Of a stretch of 64,000 nt of DNA, positions 28,163 to 39,227 are shown piece after piece. The notes beneath the pieces are model-generated. The model saw only the letters and a program-made list of their open reading frames with translations, was not told the DNA's origin and searched no databases. Position numbers and translations under genes: made by a program. The stretch's first letter is position 1. Each line of letters begins with the position of its first letter. The DNA lies in NCBI GenBank assembly GCA_001464585.1, contig LNFF01000031.1, forward strand, positions 67,148 through 131,147, in the 5' to 3' direction. This DNA comes from Gammaproteobacteria bacterium Ga0077554 (GTDB lineage Bacteria; Pseudomonadota; Gammaproteobacteria; Ga0077554; Ga007554).

Positions 28163-30454
28163 ATGAGCGGCCTTCCCGAAGTTTCTGAAAAACCGCAAAA
28201 CGGGATAAAAGGCCTGAAGTACTGGCGCTATGACCTGCTGGCGGGTCTGCAGGTCGCCCTGGTGTCATTGCCGTTGTCACTGGGCATCGCCATCGCCTCG
28301 GGCGCGCCGCCGGTGACGGGCGTGATCTCCGCAATTATTGCCGGATTGATCTTCCCCTTCCTGGGCGGTGCTTATGTCACTATCAGCGGGCCGGCGGCGG
28401 GGCTGGCTCCGGCGCTGCTCGCGGGCATGGTGATGCTCGGCGGCGGCGATCTTGCGGCGGGTTATCCGGTGTTGCTGGTGGCGATCTGCCTTACCGGTCT
28501 GCTGCAGGTGGTACTGGCTTTGTTCAAGGCTGGACGCTTTGCGTTGTTTCTTCCGGTGACGGTGGTCGAGGGGATGCTGGCGGCGATCGGCATCATGATT
28601 ATCGTTAAACAGATCCCGGCACTGCTGGGCGATTTCGTGCCGCCCGCGAAGAGCATGCTGGTGACGATTTCGAACCTGCCCGGCAGTTTCTTCAGGTTCG
28701 ATCCGGCGATCACGTTGATCGGTGGCGTCTGCCTGTTCCTGATGTTCTACCTCAATCGCACGCACCATGCCTGGCTGCGGCGCATTCCGGCGCCGCTGTC
28801 CGTGGCAGGCATCGGCATCGGGCTTGGCTACCTGTTACAGCTTGACCCAAGGTATCTGATCACCATGCCCGGCAATATCATTGAGGGCGGCATCACGTTG
28901 CCAGCTTTCGATACGGTGTGGAATAACCCGGATCTGTGGTGGACAATACTGCTGGTGGTGATCACGCTTACGCTTATTGACGGCATTGAGTCACTGGCGA
29001 CCATCGCTGCGGTGGACAAGATCGATCCTTATCAACGCAAATCGGATCCCAACGTGACGCTACGCGCCATGGGCGTGTCAAACACGTTGTCGAGTATCTT
29101 TGGTGGGCTCACCATCATCCCCGGTGGCGTCAAAAGCCGCGTTAACATTGATGCGGGTGGGCGCACCTTGTGGGCCAACTTTTACAATGCGATGTTCCTG
29201 ATCGCGTTTCTATTCCTCGCCAAGGATTTGATCAGCCGCATCCCGCTTGCCGCCATCGGCGCGATTCTGGTGTATGTCGGCTGGCGGTTATGCGAGATCC
29301 AGGTGTTCCGTAAAACTTTCCGCATCGGGCGAGACCAGATCATCATTTTTGTGACAACGGTCACGGCGGTTCTCGCCACCGATCTTCTGTTCGGGATCCT
29401 GATTGGCGTCGTGGCGAAGATCGCGCTGCACGTGTACCTGCTCACGCCGTCGTTGCGTGCGGTGCTGACGGGACGCCTCACCTTTATCCAGTCGTGGCGG
29501 CTGTTGTGGGAAAATTTCTCGGGACTGTTCCGCAGCCCGGTTATCAAGGTCAAAGAAATCACTGACGGCGAGCATACGCAGCAGCACTACCGCATCTCGC
29601 TCGGCTCGATCGTGTGCTTCAATCTGCTGCCGTTCGACAAGTTGCTGCAATCCCTGCCACCCACGGCGGGCATCACGCTCGCCATCACTGAATCCGGCCA
29701 TATTATTGACCACACGGCGATGGAATACCTGCACCAGTTCCAGGAAGCGTGCCTGCAGACGGGCCGGCCCTTCGAGATGCTCGGCCTGGAGAATTTCTAC
29801 CCGTTTACGTCCCATCCATTGTCGGCGCGCATGCGCGATGCGAAACTCGTCAAGGACAAGGCGCAGATGTCAACACGCGAACAGCAGATGGCTGAGGTGG
29901 CGAGTCATTATGGTTTCCAGTTCACGCCGGACACGGTGGGCATGTTCAACAGCCACGATTTTATCTACCTGCGCCGTGGCAACAACCGTCAGGAGAGTTG
30001 TGTAATGACGGGGTCTTATCAGGGTTGCCGTATCAAGCTCTTCGATTACAGCCACACCGCCGCCCCGGATTATTACGCGGAGCACCGCCACACGCTGATC
30101 CAGCTCTACCGCCTGGAGACGGGCGATGTACAACTGCCAAATCTTGCGATCACGCCCGGAGAATATCTTGAACGTTACCTGGTGGAATATCAGGAAGTGG
30201 ATATGGCAGGCTGCCCGGGACTCGCCCCGCACTACCGTTTCTACGCGCAAGATCCTGCGCAGGCGCTGGCCTTTATCAGAACAGGACTCGAACAGTTGTT
30301 AAGTCAGCACCCCGGTATATATGTGGAGATCCGCAACAACGCCCTCCTGGCTTTTCGCCCGGATGAAGCGCTGGAACCCCCGGAGGCCATCGCATTATTG
30401 CTCGAATTCGCCGGGCTTGTGGGCAGCGCGCGCCGCGCGCCAGGCGCCCAATGA
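28163..30454 (+). CDS. SulP/SLC26-family anion (probably bicarbonate) transporter with extra C-terminal domain
   Basis: DLLAG..V.LV.LPLSLGIA.ASG, ISGPAAGL, STAS-like IIDHT.ME.L segment. Confidence 0.88.
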   Translation: MSGLPEVSEKPQNGIKGLKYWRYDLLAGLQVALVSLPLSLGIAIASGAPPVTGVISAIIAGLIFPFLGGAYVTISGPAAGLAPALLAGMVMLGGGDLAAGYPVLLVAICLTGLLQVVLALFKAGRFALFLPVTVVEGMLAAIGIMIIVKQIPALLGDFVPPAKSMLVTISNLPGSFFRFDPAITLIGGVCLFLMFYLNRTHHAWLRRIPAPLSVAGIGIGLGYLLQLDPRYLITMPGNIIEGGITLPAFDTVWNNPDLWWTILLVVITLTLIDGIESLATIAAVDKIDPYQRKSDPNVTLRAMGVSNTLSSIFGGLTIIPGGVKSRVNIDAGGRTLWANFYNAMFLIAFLFLAKDLISRIPLAAIGAILVYVGWRLCEIQVFRKTFRIGRDQIIIFVTTVTAVLATDLLFGILIGVVAKIALHVYLLTPSLRAVLTGRLTFIQSWRLLWENFSGLFRSPVIKVKEITDGEHTQQHYRISLGSIVCFNLLPFDKLLQSLPPTAGITLAITESGHIIDHTAMEYLHQFQEACLQTGRPFEMLGLENFYPFTSHPLSARMRDAKLVKDKAQMSTREQQMAEVASHYGFQFTPDTVGMFNSHDFIYLRRGNNRQESCVMTGSYQGCRIKLFDYSHTAAPDYYAEHRHTLIQLYRLETGDVQLPNLAITPGEYLERYLVEYQEVDMAGCPGLAPHYRFYAQDPAQALAFIRTGLEQLLSQHPGIYVEIRNNALLAFRPDEALEPPEAIALLLEFAGLVGSARRAPGAQ

Positions 30455-30474
30455 CGGGTCAGTTACGCATGCGC

Positions 30475-31398
30475 TTATCCATCGTTGGGCTCTGGAATTT
30501 TGATGAGTTTATTTCCTTCTTGCAGCACAAACTCCTTGAATGCCTGGGCCGCAGCGGAAAAGCGCTTGCCCTCCCGATGCACGATGTACCAGTCTTTCAG
30601 GATAGGAAAACCTTCCACATTCAGCAACACCAACCGCCCCAGCTTAAATTCCATTTCCAGCGTATGCACCGATACGATACCCAGCCCCAGCCCCGCCATT
30701 ACAGCGTGTTTGATGGCTTCGTTACCGCTCATCTCCATGGTGGTGGTCATAGTCTGACCGTGTTGCTCGAGAAAGCGCTCAATGGCATTGCGTGTGCCCG
30801 ACCCTCTTTCGCGCACAATGAAGCTTTCTTCCAGAAGTCTGTGCAATGGAATACGACCGCTATGCGCCAAGGGATGGCCGGAGGGGGCAATGACCACCAA
30901 TGGGTTGCTCATGAACGAATCGGCTATCAACGGCATCTCTTTCGGCGGGCCGCCCATGATCGCCATGTCGGGAATATTATCCATCAATTGACGCAGAATC
31001 GTTTCCCGGTTGGTTACGTTGAGATTAACGGTAATCCCGGCATGCTGCTTGCAAAATGCCGCCAGTAGATAGGGTGCAAAATATTTTGCGGTGCTGGTGA
31101 CGGCGATGTCGAGCTTGCCGTGCTGGATGCCTTTCATATCCTCCAGCACGGCGCGGATATCGGTGAACTGTTGGGCAATGGTGCGGCTGAACACATACAT
31201 TTCACGCCCTGCGGCGGTGAGGAAAATCTTTTTTCCCATGTGTTCAAACAGCGGCATGCCCACTTCCTCTTCAAGCTGTTTAATCTGAATGGAAACGGCG
31301 GGTTGGGTGAGGTGGAGCTCTTCAGAGGCGCGTGTGAAACTTGAGTTGCGGGCGACTGCCTCAAGTAGCTTGAGCTGCCTGAAAGTGAAGTTCTTCAT
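30475..31398 (-). CDS. cbbR: LysR-type regulator CbbR
   Basis: TFRQL...SFTRA.EELHLTQPAVS.QIK, RE.GSGTR, NEAIK.AV.AGLG; divergent from cbbL. Confidence 0.92.
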   Translation of the reverse strand: MKNFTFRQLKLLEAVARNSSFTRASEELHLTQPAVSIQIKQLEEEVGMPLFEHMGKKIFLTAAGREMYVFSRTIAQQFTDIRAVLEDMKGIQHGKLDIAVTSTAKYFAPYLLAAFCKQHAGITVNLNVTNRETILRQLMDNIPDMAIMGGPPKEMPLIADSFMSNPLVVIAPSGHPLAHSGRIPLHRLLEESFIVRERGSGTRNAIERFLEQHGQTMTTTMEMSGNEAIKHAVMAGLGLGIVSVHTLEMEFKLGRLVLLNVEGFPILKDWYIVHREGKRFSAAAQAFKEFVLQEGNKLIKIPEPNDG

Positions 31399-31619
31399 CT
31401 TTAAAATATGCTCCTTGATTAAACGGCCGTGTATCTGTGAGCGGCACAATCCATTTGCAATAATATATGAATAGTATAATAATAATTAATTATCAATAAT
31501 GATTCAATTTATTTATAGTCTTTTTTAACTAACACAGGGTTTGGGTCATCAAAGTGGTTTTATTGGTAGTAGCGTTTTTTAATTATGGCTTTCGGGCTGA
31601 AGCTGAAAGGAGATGGTAA

Positions 31620-33044
31620 ATGAGTGATAAGAAAAAATTTAGCGCGGGTGTTAAAGAATATCGACAGAACTACTGGATGCCCAATTATGTGCCTCTGGAC
31701 ACCGATATTCTAGCGTGCTTCAAGATCGTCCCGCAAGCGGGTGTAGACCGTGAAGAAGTCGCCGCTGCCGTGGCCGCCGAATCTTCCACCGGCACCTGGA
31801 CCACAGTGTGGACCGACCTGTTGACCGACATGGATTATTACAAGGGCCGCGCCTACCGCATCGAAGACGTGCCCGGTGATGACACCTGCTTCTATGCTTT
31901 CGTTGCTTACCCGATTGACCTGTTCGAAGAAGGCTCCGTGGTCAACGTGTTTACCTCGCTGGTGGGTAACGTTTTCGGCTTTAAAGCCCTGCGTGCGCTG
32001 CGCCTTGAAGATGTGCGCTTCCCCATCGCTTATGTGAAAACCTGCGGCGGCCCGCCCAGCGGTATTCAGGTTGAGCGTGACAAGATGAACAAGTACGGTC
32101 GTCCATTGCTGGGCTGCACCATCAAGCCCAAGCTCGGCTTGTCTGCCAAGAACTACGGCCGTGCGGTATACGAATGCCTGCGCGGTGGCCTGGATTTCAC
32201 CAAGGACGACGAGAACATTAACAGCCAGCCCTTTATGCGCTGGCGTGACCGCTTCCTGTTTGTGCATGACGCAACCCTGTCCGCACAAGCTGAAACCGGC
32301 GAGCGTAAAGGCCACTACCTGAATGTCACCGCACCGACCCCGGAAATGATGTATCAGCGTGCTGAGTTCGCCAAAGAAATCGGCGCACCGATCATCATGC
32401 ACGATTACATCACCGGCGGCTTCTGCGCCAATACGGGTCTGGCCAACTGGTGCCGTGACAACGGTATGCTGCTGCATATCCATCGCGCCATGCACGCTGT
32501 AATCGACCGTAACCCGCACCACGGTATTCACTTCCGCGTGCTGGCAAAGATTCTGCGCCTCTCCGGCGGTGACCATCTGCACTCGGGCACCGTAGTTGGC
32601 AAGCTCGAAGGTGATCGCGCGCCGACCCTGGGTTTTGTTGACTTGATGCGTGAATCATTCATTCCTGAAGACCGCTCGCGCGGCATTTTCTTCGATCAGG
32701 ACTGGGGCTCCATGCCTGGCGTATTCCCGGTGGCATCCGGTGGTATTCACGTCTGGCACATGCCGGCACTGGTGAACATTTTCGGCGATGATTCGATTCT
32801 GCAATTCGGTGGTGGAACGCTCGGCCATCCATGGGGTAACGCCGCAGGTGCCTGCGCTAACCGTGTCGCACTTGAAGCCTGTGTTGATGCGCGCAATGAA
32901 GGCCGTGAAATTGAACGTGAAGGCAAAGAGATTCTTGCCAACGCCGCCAAGACCAGCCCCGAATTGAAAATCGCCATGGAAACCTGGAAAGAGATCAAGT
33001 TCGAGTTTGATACCGTGGATAAGCTGGACGTAGTGAACCGTTAA
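31620..33044 (+). CDS. cbbL: RuBisCO large subunit, form IA (carboxysomal)
   Basis: [10 protein letters not shown] catalytic motif; [22 protein letters not shown]. Confidence 0.99.
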   Translation: MSDKKKFSAGVKEYRQNYWMPNYVPLDTDILACFKIVPQAGVDREEVAAAVAAESSTGTWTTVWTDLLTDMDYYKGRAYRIEDVPGDDTCFYAFVAYPIDLFEEGSVVNVFTSLVGNVFGFKALRALRLEDVRFPIAYVKTCGGPPSGIQVERDKMNKYGRPLLGCTIKPKLGLSAKNYGRAVYECLRGGLDFTKDDENINSQPFMRWRDRFLFVHDATLSAQAETGERKGHYLNVTAPTPEMMYQRAEFAKEIGAPIIMHDYITGGFCANTGLANWCRDNGMLLHIHRAMHAVIDRNPHHGIHFRVLAKILRLSGGDHLHSGTVVGKLEGDRAPTLGFVDLMRESFIPEDRSRGIFFDQDWGSMPGVFPVASGGIHVWHMPALVNIFGDDSILQFGGGTLGHPWGNAAGACANRVALEACVDARNEGREIEREGKEILANAAKTSPELKIAMETWKEIKFEFDTVDKLDVVNR

Positions 33045-33111
33045 TTTTTGGCTCGCTTTTTCTGAGTTGCATGATACGTGGGTGTTAAAACGCCTCTGCA
33101 AATGACCACTT

Positions 33112-33154
33112 TCGCCGTATATGTCGCCATTCATGAAATGGCAATATACGGCGA
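33112..33154. other. Intercistronic stem-loop between cbbL and cbbS
   Basis: tcgccgtatat..gccatt...aatggc.atatacggcga. Confidence 0.6.
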
Positions 33155-33175
33155 TTCAAAAGAAAGGAAATAAAA

Positions 33176-33508
33176 ATGTCTGATATTCAAGATTACAAAT
33201 CAACGCCCAAATTTGAAACCTTTTCGTATTTGCCAGCGATGACGCCGGAAAAAACCCGCCGTCAGATCGCCTACATTGTGAGTCAGGGCTGGAACCCGGG
33301 CATTGAACATGTAGAGCCTGAACGCGCTTTTAATTATTACTGGTATATGTGGAAGTTGCCGATGTTTGGTGAGCAGTCGGTCGATGTCATCATCGCTGAA
33401 CTGGAAGCCTGTCACCGCGCGCATCCCAATAACCACGTGCGACTGATCGGCTACGACAATTACTCGCAGAGTCAGGGCAGCGCTTTCGTGGTGTTTCGCG
33501 GCCGGTAA
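33176..33508 (+). CDS. cbbS: RuBisCO small subunit
   Basis: [32 protein letters not shown]. Confidence 0.98.
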   Translation: MSDIQDYKSTPKFETFSYLPAMTPEKTRRQIAYIVSQGWNPGIEHVEPERAFNYYWYMWKLPMFGEQSVDVIIAELEACHRAHPNNHVRLIGYDNYSQSQGSAFVVFRGR

Positions 33509-33613
33509 TCCGATGCCTAGGTAAGCAACCGATAGTGGGCGATCCGGCACAGGCTCGCCCACGTATCACATGAATTGCCGATTGTAGTAAAAGTGTAATG
33601 GAAGGATAAAAGC

Positions 33614-35890
33614 ATGAGCAACGCCATGGCAGAAAATCAGGGTTCCGTGCCCAGCGGCACAGCGGGTCGCATGTTATCACGTGCGCGCCGTCAAGCACTG
33701 TCGCACGGCGGTAAGTCGGGCACCGGACAGGTTGCAGCAAAACCGCAACCAGCCAGGGTGAAACCGGGTTCTGACGCCCGTTCCACCGCCTCGGCCACTG
33801 CCCCGGTCTATTCTGCCCCGGCAAATAACAGCCCGCCACCCAGCAACGGCGACGCGCAGGGAAAAGCTAGTGTTGCGGGAAGTAGGATGTCGGAAGCGAC
33901 CGAAAAAACCGACACCTGTGGCTGCAAAAATACCCCAGCACAACAAACGCTGGAAGCCATCTGCGCCTTGGTGGATGCAGAGCCAAGCGCCGTAGGGTCG
34001 AGTGCTTCCAGTGTTCGCCAGCTCTGCCAAAGCCGCCGCCAGGCACTTTCCAGTCAAGGCAAACTGGCCATCAAGCCCAACGGCAAGAATGGTTCGGCGC
34101 GTCGCAACAGTGGCGGCTCCAGAATGGTGAATAGCGTGATGAATGGCCTGAGCGGGCGTGCAGCAGCCCAGGCGCGACGTGAAGAGTTATGCGTGAATGG
34201 TCGCGGCGATAGCCCAGTGTGCCGCCCCAGTGGACGGGTGCGCAGCACGGCCGCCGTTACGCCAGTCAAGGTAGAAGAAGGCAACACCCTGCGTGGCAAC
34301 CTGATTACCGGCACCCAGGTAGAGCGTAACAACAAGATAACAGGTATCGAGGCCGGCAGTTGCCGCGCGATCACCGGCACCGAATACATTGGTACAGAAC
34401 AGTACGAGACATTATGCGCCACCACACCTTCCGCAGCACCCGCTAAAGTGGGCGTGGGTTCAACCAGCCGCAGCCAGCGCGTAAGTGGTACGCAGGTGGG
34501 CCGCAGCACCCAGGTAACGGGTGACGAGTATGGCGCCTGCAAGAATGTGACGGGCAACGAATACCTGAACGCCGAACAATTTGAATCACTGTGCGCCAGC
34601 AAGCCCGCGCCCAGCCCCGCCAAGGTGGGCATGTTTGCTACGCGCGCCGGGCACTCCGTCAGCGGTACTGAAGTCGGTCGTAGCCTCAAAGTAACCGGAG
34701 ATGAACCCGGCGCCTGCCTTAAGTTGACCGGTAGCCAGTATTATCAACCCGATCAGTCCGGCGCCGTATGTCAGGGCAGCGGTGTACCGCACAAAGTAAG
34801 CGTGATGAGCACGATCCGTGGACGCCAGGTCACCGGCGTCAACGTGGCATCAAGCGCATCTGTCACCGGAAGTGAATACGGTGCATGTGCGGGCGTGACG
34901 GGCACTGAATACACTGGGCTGCAACAATATCAGGGCTGTAACCGTGCACCGGTATTAACACCAGAAAAAGTTACCGTACTGGGCACCTGGCGCGGCCAGG
35001 CGGTTTCTGGTACGAACGTGGAACACAACTCAAAAGTCACTGGCGATGAGTATGGGGGTTGCCAGCCGATTTCCGGTACTGAATACATTGGTCCCGGCCA
35101 ATATACGGCAGTGTGCGCGCCCAATGCGCTTACCGCTACACGGGAGCGTATTTCCACACCACGCGGTGCGGCGGGCGCCAGCATGACGGGCGTACGGCAA
35201 GGCATTGAGAACAAAGTCACAAGCAGTGCGCGTGGAGCCAGTGGATTAAGTGCCGGCCAGCGCCTAAGTGGCACACCTTATTCAGATGACGCGCGCCCCG
35301 CTCTTTCGGGCGCGGTAGGAATGAGCCAGCACCCTTTGACACGGGGTCCTGCTGATCAAACCAATCGGGTTAACATGAGCAGTGTTGTCGCCCCTGTGCA
35401 ACGTAATTTCAGCGTGATGTCACCCGCGCGCACGGCGCAGGAAAGCCAGCTTAGCCGGATTACCGGCACGGCTTACGGCGCACAAGGCCGTATTACCGGG
35501 CCGGTGAATCTGGCCGCCGGACTGGTTTCTGGCACACCGGAGTTTCGTTATCGTGACGATCAGGACGCTGGCTATGTCGCCGCGCCACCTGTCGCACAGA
35601 CGCCAGCAGTAGTATCATCCAATCGTGTCACAGGGGAAGGTCGTGAAGGAGGTTTTTCCATCACGGGCGCCGCATGGAAACGCGGCGGCACCACCACGGG
35701 TACCGAAGGTACCTCTGCAACGCGGCGCAATCCGACATTGCGCGGCGATCAGCGCAGCATGGCGATGCAGCAAATCACTGCGATGAAAGAACGCGAACAT
35801 CTGCAAGTGCCACCAAGCAAAGTAACTGGCAGCAGCGGCAACACCGCTACTGGTTCCACTATCACTTACTCGGGAGGCGCGCGCGGCTGA
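33614..35890 (+). CDS. csoS2: Carboxysome assembly protein CsoS2
   Basis: N-terminal R..RR..LS..GK repeats, middle (V/I)TG-triplet repeats, C-terminal ITYSGGARG. Confidence 0.95.
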   Translation: MSNAMAENQGSVPSGTAGRMLSRARRQALSHGGKSGTGQVAAKPQPARVKPGSDARSTASATAPVYSAPANNSPPPSNGDAQGKASVAGSRMSEATEKTDTCGCKNTPAQQTLEAICALVDAEPSAVGSSASSVRQLCQSRRQALSSQGKLAIKPNGKNGSARRNSGGSRMVNSVMNGLSGRAAAQARREELCVNGRGDSPVCRPSGRVRSTAAVTPVKVEEGNTLRGNLITGTQVERNNKITGIEAGSCRAITGTEYIGTEQYETLCATTPSAAPAKVGVGSTSRSQRVSGTQVGRSTQVTGDEYGACKNVTGNEYLNAEQFESLCASKPAPSPAKVGMFATRAGHSVSGTEVGRSLKVTGDEPGACLKLTGSQYYQPDQSGAVCQGSGVPHKVSVMSTIRGRQVTGVNVASSASVTGSEYGACAGVTGTEYTGLQQYQGCNRAPVLTPEKVTVLGTWRGQAVSGTNVEHNSKVTGDEYGGCQPISGTEYIGPGQYTAVCAPNALTATRERISTPRGAAGASMTGVRQGIENKVTSSARGASGLSAGQRLSGTPYSDDARPALSGAVGMSQHPLTRGPADQTNRVNMSSVVAPVQRNFSVMSPARTAQESQLSRITGTAYGAQGRITGPVNLAAGLVSGTPEFRYRDDQDAGYVAAPPVAQTPAVVSSNRVTGEGREGGFSITGAAWKRGGTTTGTEGTSATRRNPTLRGDQRSMAMQQITAMKEREHLQVPPSKVTGSSGNTATGSTITYSGGARG
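33853..33901 (+). mobile_element. Degenerate type A mini-element in frame within csoS2
   Basis: cgcgcagggaaaagctagtgttgcgggaagtaggatgtcggaagcgacc matches copy 1 at 39 of 49 nt without gaps; encodes AQGKASVAGSRMSEAT. Confidence 0.75.
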
Positions 35891-35895
35891 TCTGA

Positions 35896-37527
35896 ATGAA
35901 TACTCGCAACCGCCCCGCGCGTAGCACAAGCTCATTAGCTGGAGTACGCCCCACCCCTTACGGGCTGGGGACGCCAAGCGGTGCCTTGCCCGGACGCCAG
36001 CCTGCCTATGCCTATCCGGCGCGGCAGCCAGTGCATACGGTGGCGAGCACAGCGAGCGCGATGGAACCCAACCCGGCCTGCACGATACAGAGCGGCCGTT
36101 TGTGTCGCCACCCATTGACGAACGACATTGAAAATCGGCGTTTGCTGGCGCATGAGCGAACCATTAAGGAACGCTTTGCCAATATCGTTCCGGTATTGAA
36201 GCGCATTGCTGGCTTACAGCATACGCCAGACTTTGTCGAGCAGGCGCAAGCCATTGCCGTTCAGGAGCTGGGCTTTTCGCTACGCACCTCGATTCTCGCG
36301 GATGCCTGGGCGACTGATCTTGATATGCGCGCCCTGTACGGCGAAAGTGTGCTGGGTACATTACGTTTACTGGCGGAGCAAACCCGCGCAGCAAATCCGA
36401 CTGAAACCGGGGAAGGAAACGTAGATGAGGCGATGTCATTTTTACTGGATTGTGGTTACCACGCCGTGGACATTTCGCCTTGCTCGGACGGGCGATTAAA
36501 AGGCTTGGCGCGTTACATTTTACGCCTGCCCGCCGCTGCGGTGCGCAGCCGCAAGTCGTATGCTGGCGCAATGTTTGATGTGGAGGCCAATGTAAAACGC
36601 TGGGTCGAAACCGAGTTGATGCGTTTTCGTGAAGGCCGCCCAGTCACCGCTGATGCCGGTACGCGTTATCTGAAGATGGTGGTATACCACACCAGCAGTT
36701 CTGATCCCGCGCACGAGGGTTGCGCCGCGCATGGCAGCAATGAAACCCAGGCGGCAGGAAAAGGGCTGGAGCGCTTGCGCGAGTTCCGCCAGGCGATTGA
36801 AAACAGTTTTTGTTGTGGTGCATCGGTGGATATGTTGCTGGTGGGTGTCGATACCGATACCGATGCAATCAAGGTACACATACCCGATGCTGACGGTGAG
36901 ATAAGTTTGTATCGCGCCGTGGATAACCTGAGCCTGTATCGCGAGACGGTCAACGATAGCGAAAACAGCGCGCGGCTCAAGGTGTATCAGGCGATTCAGG
37001 CGGCCAGCGCCAAAGAGGGCTGGGCCGGCGGCAACGGCGAACCTCATGAAGGTATGCGGCGTTTGATTGCCACGCTGTTGATTAACAACCTGTCGCAGAT
37101 CGAATATGTGTGCGGCAACTGGGGTGGACGTTACCCCGACATCGGGCATAACGAACGCTTTATCAGTGTCGGCGATGGCTTTGAAGAATTTCAGTTACGC
37201 AACCTGGCGTACTTCGCCCACCTGCATACAGTGGAAGAAGGCGCGCCGGATATGGATATCGGTATTAAAATTTTCAAAATGTTGAACGTGAGCCATGGCT
37301 TGCCGATCCCACTGGCAATTCACTTCCGCTACGACAGTCGCGTGCCGGGTAACCGTGAACGCACCGTGGAACGCTGCCAGCGCATCAAGGCAGCAATTGA
37401 ATCGCGCTATAGCGAGTTGGCGCGTCAAGGGCTATTAGTGAGCGGCATGACAGTACAGGATAAACAGCCTGGCAGCCCGATTGAATTGATCGGCACCAGT
37501 GGCACTGAAAGTTTTGCGGGGCACTGA
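35896..37527 (+). CDS. csoS3: Carboxysome carbonic anhydrase CsoSCA
   Basis: DISPCSDGRL, H.SSSDP.HEGCAAH, E.FISVGDGF. Confidence 0.95.
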   Translation: MNTRNRPARSTSSLAGVRPTPYGLGTPSGALPGRQPAYAYPARQPVHTVASTASAMEPNPACTIQSGRLCRHPLTNDIENRRLLAHERTIKERFANIVPVLKRIAGLQHTPDFVEQAQAIAVQELGFSLRTSILADAWATDLDMRALYGESVLGTLRLLAEQTRAANPTETGEGNVDEAMSFLLDCGYHAVDISPCSDGRLKGLARYILRLPAAAVRSRKSYAGAMFDVEANVKRWVETELMRFREGRPVTADAGTRYLKMVVYHTSSSDPAHEGCAAHGSNETQAAGKGLERLREFRQAIENSFCCGASVDMLLVGVDTDTDAIKVHIPDADGEISLYRAVDNLSLYRETVNDSENSARLKVYQAIQAASAKEGWAGGNGEPHEGMRRLIATLLINNLSQIEYVCGNWGGRYPDIGHNERFISVGDGFEEFQLRNLAYFAHLHTVEEGAPDMDIGIKIFKMLNVSHGLPIPLAIHFRYDSRVPGNRERTVERCQRIKAAIESRYSELARQGLLVSGMTVQDKQPGSPIELIGTSGTESFAGH

Positions 37528-37776
37528 ATGAAAATTTGTCAGGTGGAAAAAACCCTGGTTTCGACCAACCGGATTAAAGAGATGGGGCATCGCCCATTGC
37601 TGGTGGTGAAAGAAAAAGGTGGTACACGCAGCATCGCAGTAGATGCCGTGGGCTGCATCCCAGGCGACTGGGTGATTTGCGTAGGCTCATCTGCTGCACG
37701 CGAAGCCGCAGGCAGCAAGGAATATCCCAGCGACCTGACCATCGTCGGCATCATCGACCATTGGTCAGAAGACTGA
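37528..37776 (+). CDS. csoS4A: Carboxysome vertex protein CsoS4A
   Basis: LVSTNRI, AVDAVGCIPGDWV..VGSSAAR, DLTI.GIID.W. Confidence 0.95.
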   Translation: MKICQVEKTLVSTNRIKEMGHRPLLVVKEKGGTRSIAVDAVGCIPGDWVICVGSSAAREAAGSKEYPSDLTIVGIIDHWSED

Positions 37777-37777
37777 C

Positions 37778-38041
37778 ATGGAGATTATGCAGGTGGTGTC
37801 AGATCTCGTAGCCACACGCCGGGTGCCCGGCCTGTATAGCGCCTCGTTGCGGGTAGTGCGTGACGCCAAGGGCAGGCTCAATGTAGCCACCGACCCGGTG
37901 GGTGTGCCTGAGGGTAAATGGGTGTTTACGCTGGCGGGATCACCCGCACGCTATGGCATGGGTAATTACAGGATTCTTACTGACCTAACCATCGGCGGCA
38001 TTATTGATGGATGGGATCCGGATACTGGGCGCACCGGGTAA
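37778..38041 (+). CDS. csoS4B: Carboxysome vertex protein CsoS4B
   Basis: MEIMQV..DLV.T.R, VATDPVG...GKWVF, LTDLTIGGIID.W. Confidence 0.93.
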   Translation: MEIMQVVSDLVATRRVPGLYSASLRVVRDAKGRLNVATDPVGVPEGKWVFTLAGSPARYGMGNYRILTDLTIGGIIDGWDPDTGRTG

Positions 38042-38118
38042 AAACGAAGTCGTGGTTGTTTGAGAAAACAGTTTTTATTAACGTAGCTTTATATTAACGT
38101 AAACTTAAGGAGTGCAAG

Positions 38119-38418
38119 ATGGCGATTGAAAGACAGGGTATTGCATTAGGCATGATCGAAACACGCGGCCTGGTACCGGCGATTGAAGCCGCAGACGCAA
38201 TGACCAAAGCAGCGGAAGTACGCCTGATTGGGCGTCAGTTTGTCGGTGGCGGTTATGTCACAGTGTTGGTACGTGGCGAAACCGGTGCGGTAAACGCCGC
38301 CGTGCGTGCCGGCGCAGATGCGTGTGAGCGCGTGGGTGATGGCCTGGTTGCAGCGCACATCATTGCCCGCGTACATAATGAAGTGGAAAACATTCTGCCG
38401 ACGCAAGTCTCGGCTTAA
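38119..38418 (+). CDS. csoS1: Carboxysome shell hexamer CsoS1 (BMC-H), copy 1
   Basis: [28 protein letters not shown]. Confidence 0.97.
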   Translation: MAIERQGIALGMIETRGLVPAIEAADAMTKAAEVRLIGRQFVGGGYVTVLVRGETGAVNAAVRAGADACERVGDGLVAAHIIARVHNEVENILPTQVSA

Positions 38419-38473
38419 AGGTGTATCGTTTAACAACGTTTAATAACTAAATGTAAAGAGAAGGAAATATATC

Positions 38474-38773
38474 ATGGCAAACACAGTAAGCGGTATTGCA
38501 TTAGGTATGATCGAAACACGCGGCCTGGTACCGGCGATTGAAGCCGCAGACGCAATGACCAAAGCAGCGGAAGTACGTCTGATTGGACGCCAGTTTGTCG
38601 GTGGCGGTTATGTCACCGTGTTGGTTCGCGGCGAGACCGGCGCGGTAAACGCCGCAGTACGTGCCGGTGCGGATGCGTGTGAGCGCGTCGGTGATGGCTT
38701 GGTTGCAGCGCACATCATTGCCCGCGTGCATAACGAAGTGGAAAACATTTTGCCGACGCAAATCTCGGTTTAA
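38474..38773 (+). CDS. csoS1: Carboxysome shell hexamer CsoS1, copy 2
   Basis: Near-identical BMC domain. Confidence 0.97.
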   Translation: MANTVSGIALGMIETRGLVPAIEAADAMTKAAEVRLIGRQFVGGGYVTVLVRGETGAVNAAVRAGADACERVGDGLVAAHIIARVHNEVENILPTQISV

Positions 38774-38856
38774 TATATCACCGGGTTCAGCCTCGGTTTA
38801 AAGAAGCGTCGTTTAATAACGCTTAACAATCAGATGAAAAGAGAAGGAAATATATC

Positions 38857-39186
38857 ATGGCAAACACAGTAGGTGGCGTTGCATTAGGTATGATCGAAAC
38901 ACGTGGCTTGGTACCGGCTATTGAAGCGGCAGACGCGATGACCAAAGCGGCAGAAGTACGTCTGGTAGGCCGCGAGTTTGTCGGTGGCGGTTATGTCACG
39001 GTATTGGTGCGCGGCGAAACCGGTGCGGTGAATGCAGCGGTACGTGCTGGTGCAGATGCATGTGAGCGTGTGGGTGATGGCTTGGTTGCGGCGCACATTA
39101 TTGCACGCGTACATAATGAAGTGGAAAACATTCTGCCGGCCAAGCCTGATACAGGCACCAGTGGGCGTGATGGGGATATCAGCTAA
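38857..39186 (+). CDS. csoS1: Carboxysome shell hexamer with C-terminal extension (CsoS1B-like)
   Basis: BMC domain plus ~10-aa longer tail. Confidence 0.95.
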   Translation: MANTVGGVALGMIETRGLVPAIEAADAMTKAAEVRLVGREFVGGGYVTVLVRGETGAVNAAVRAGADACERVGDGLVAAHIIARVHNEVENILPAKPDTGTSGRDGDIS

Positions 39187-39227
39187 GACCACGGTCTGAG
39201 CTGAACCCTCTACTGAAGAGTATAACC

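Noticed and set aside
34250..35200. Programmed -1 frameshift in csoS2 as in Halothiobacillus
   Set aside because: I found no in-frame C-CCA-AAG or X-XXY-YYZ slippery site by eye; CCA-GAA-AAA-GTT is not in the right phase. Not excluded without a scan.
38119..39186. Three long near-identical repeats
   Set aside because: They are the expected csoS1 paralogues, not a CRISPR array or mobile repeat.
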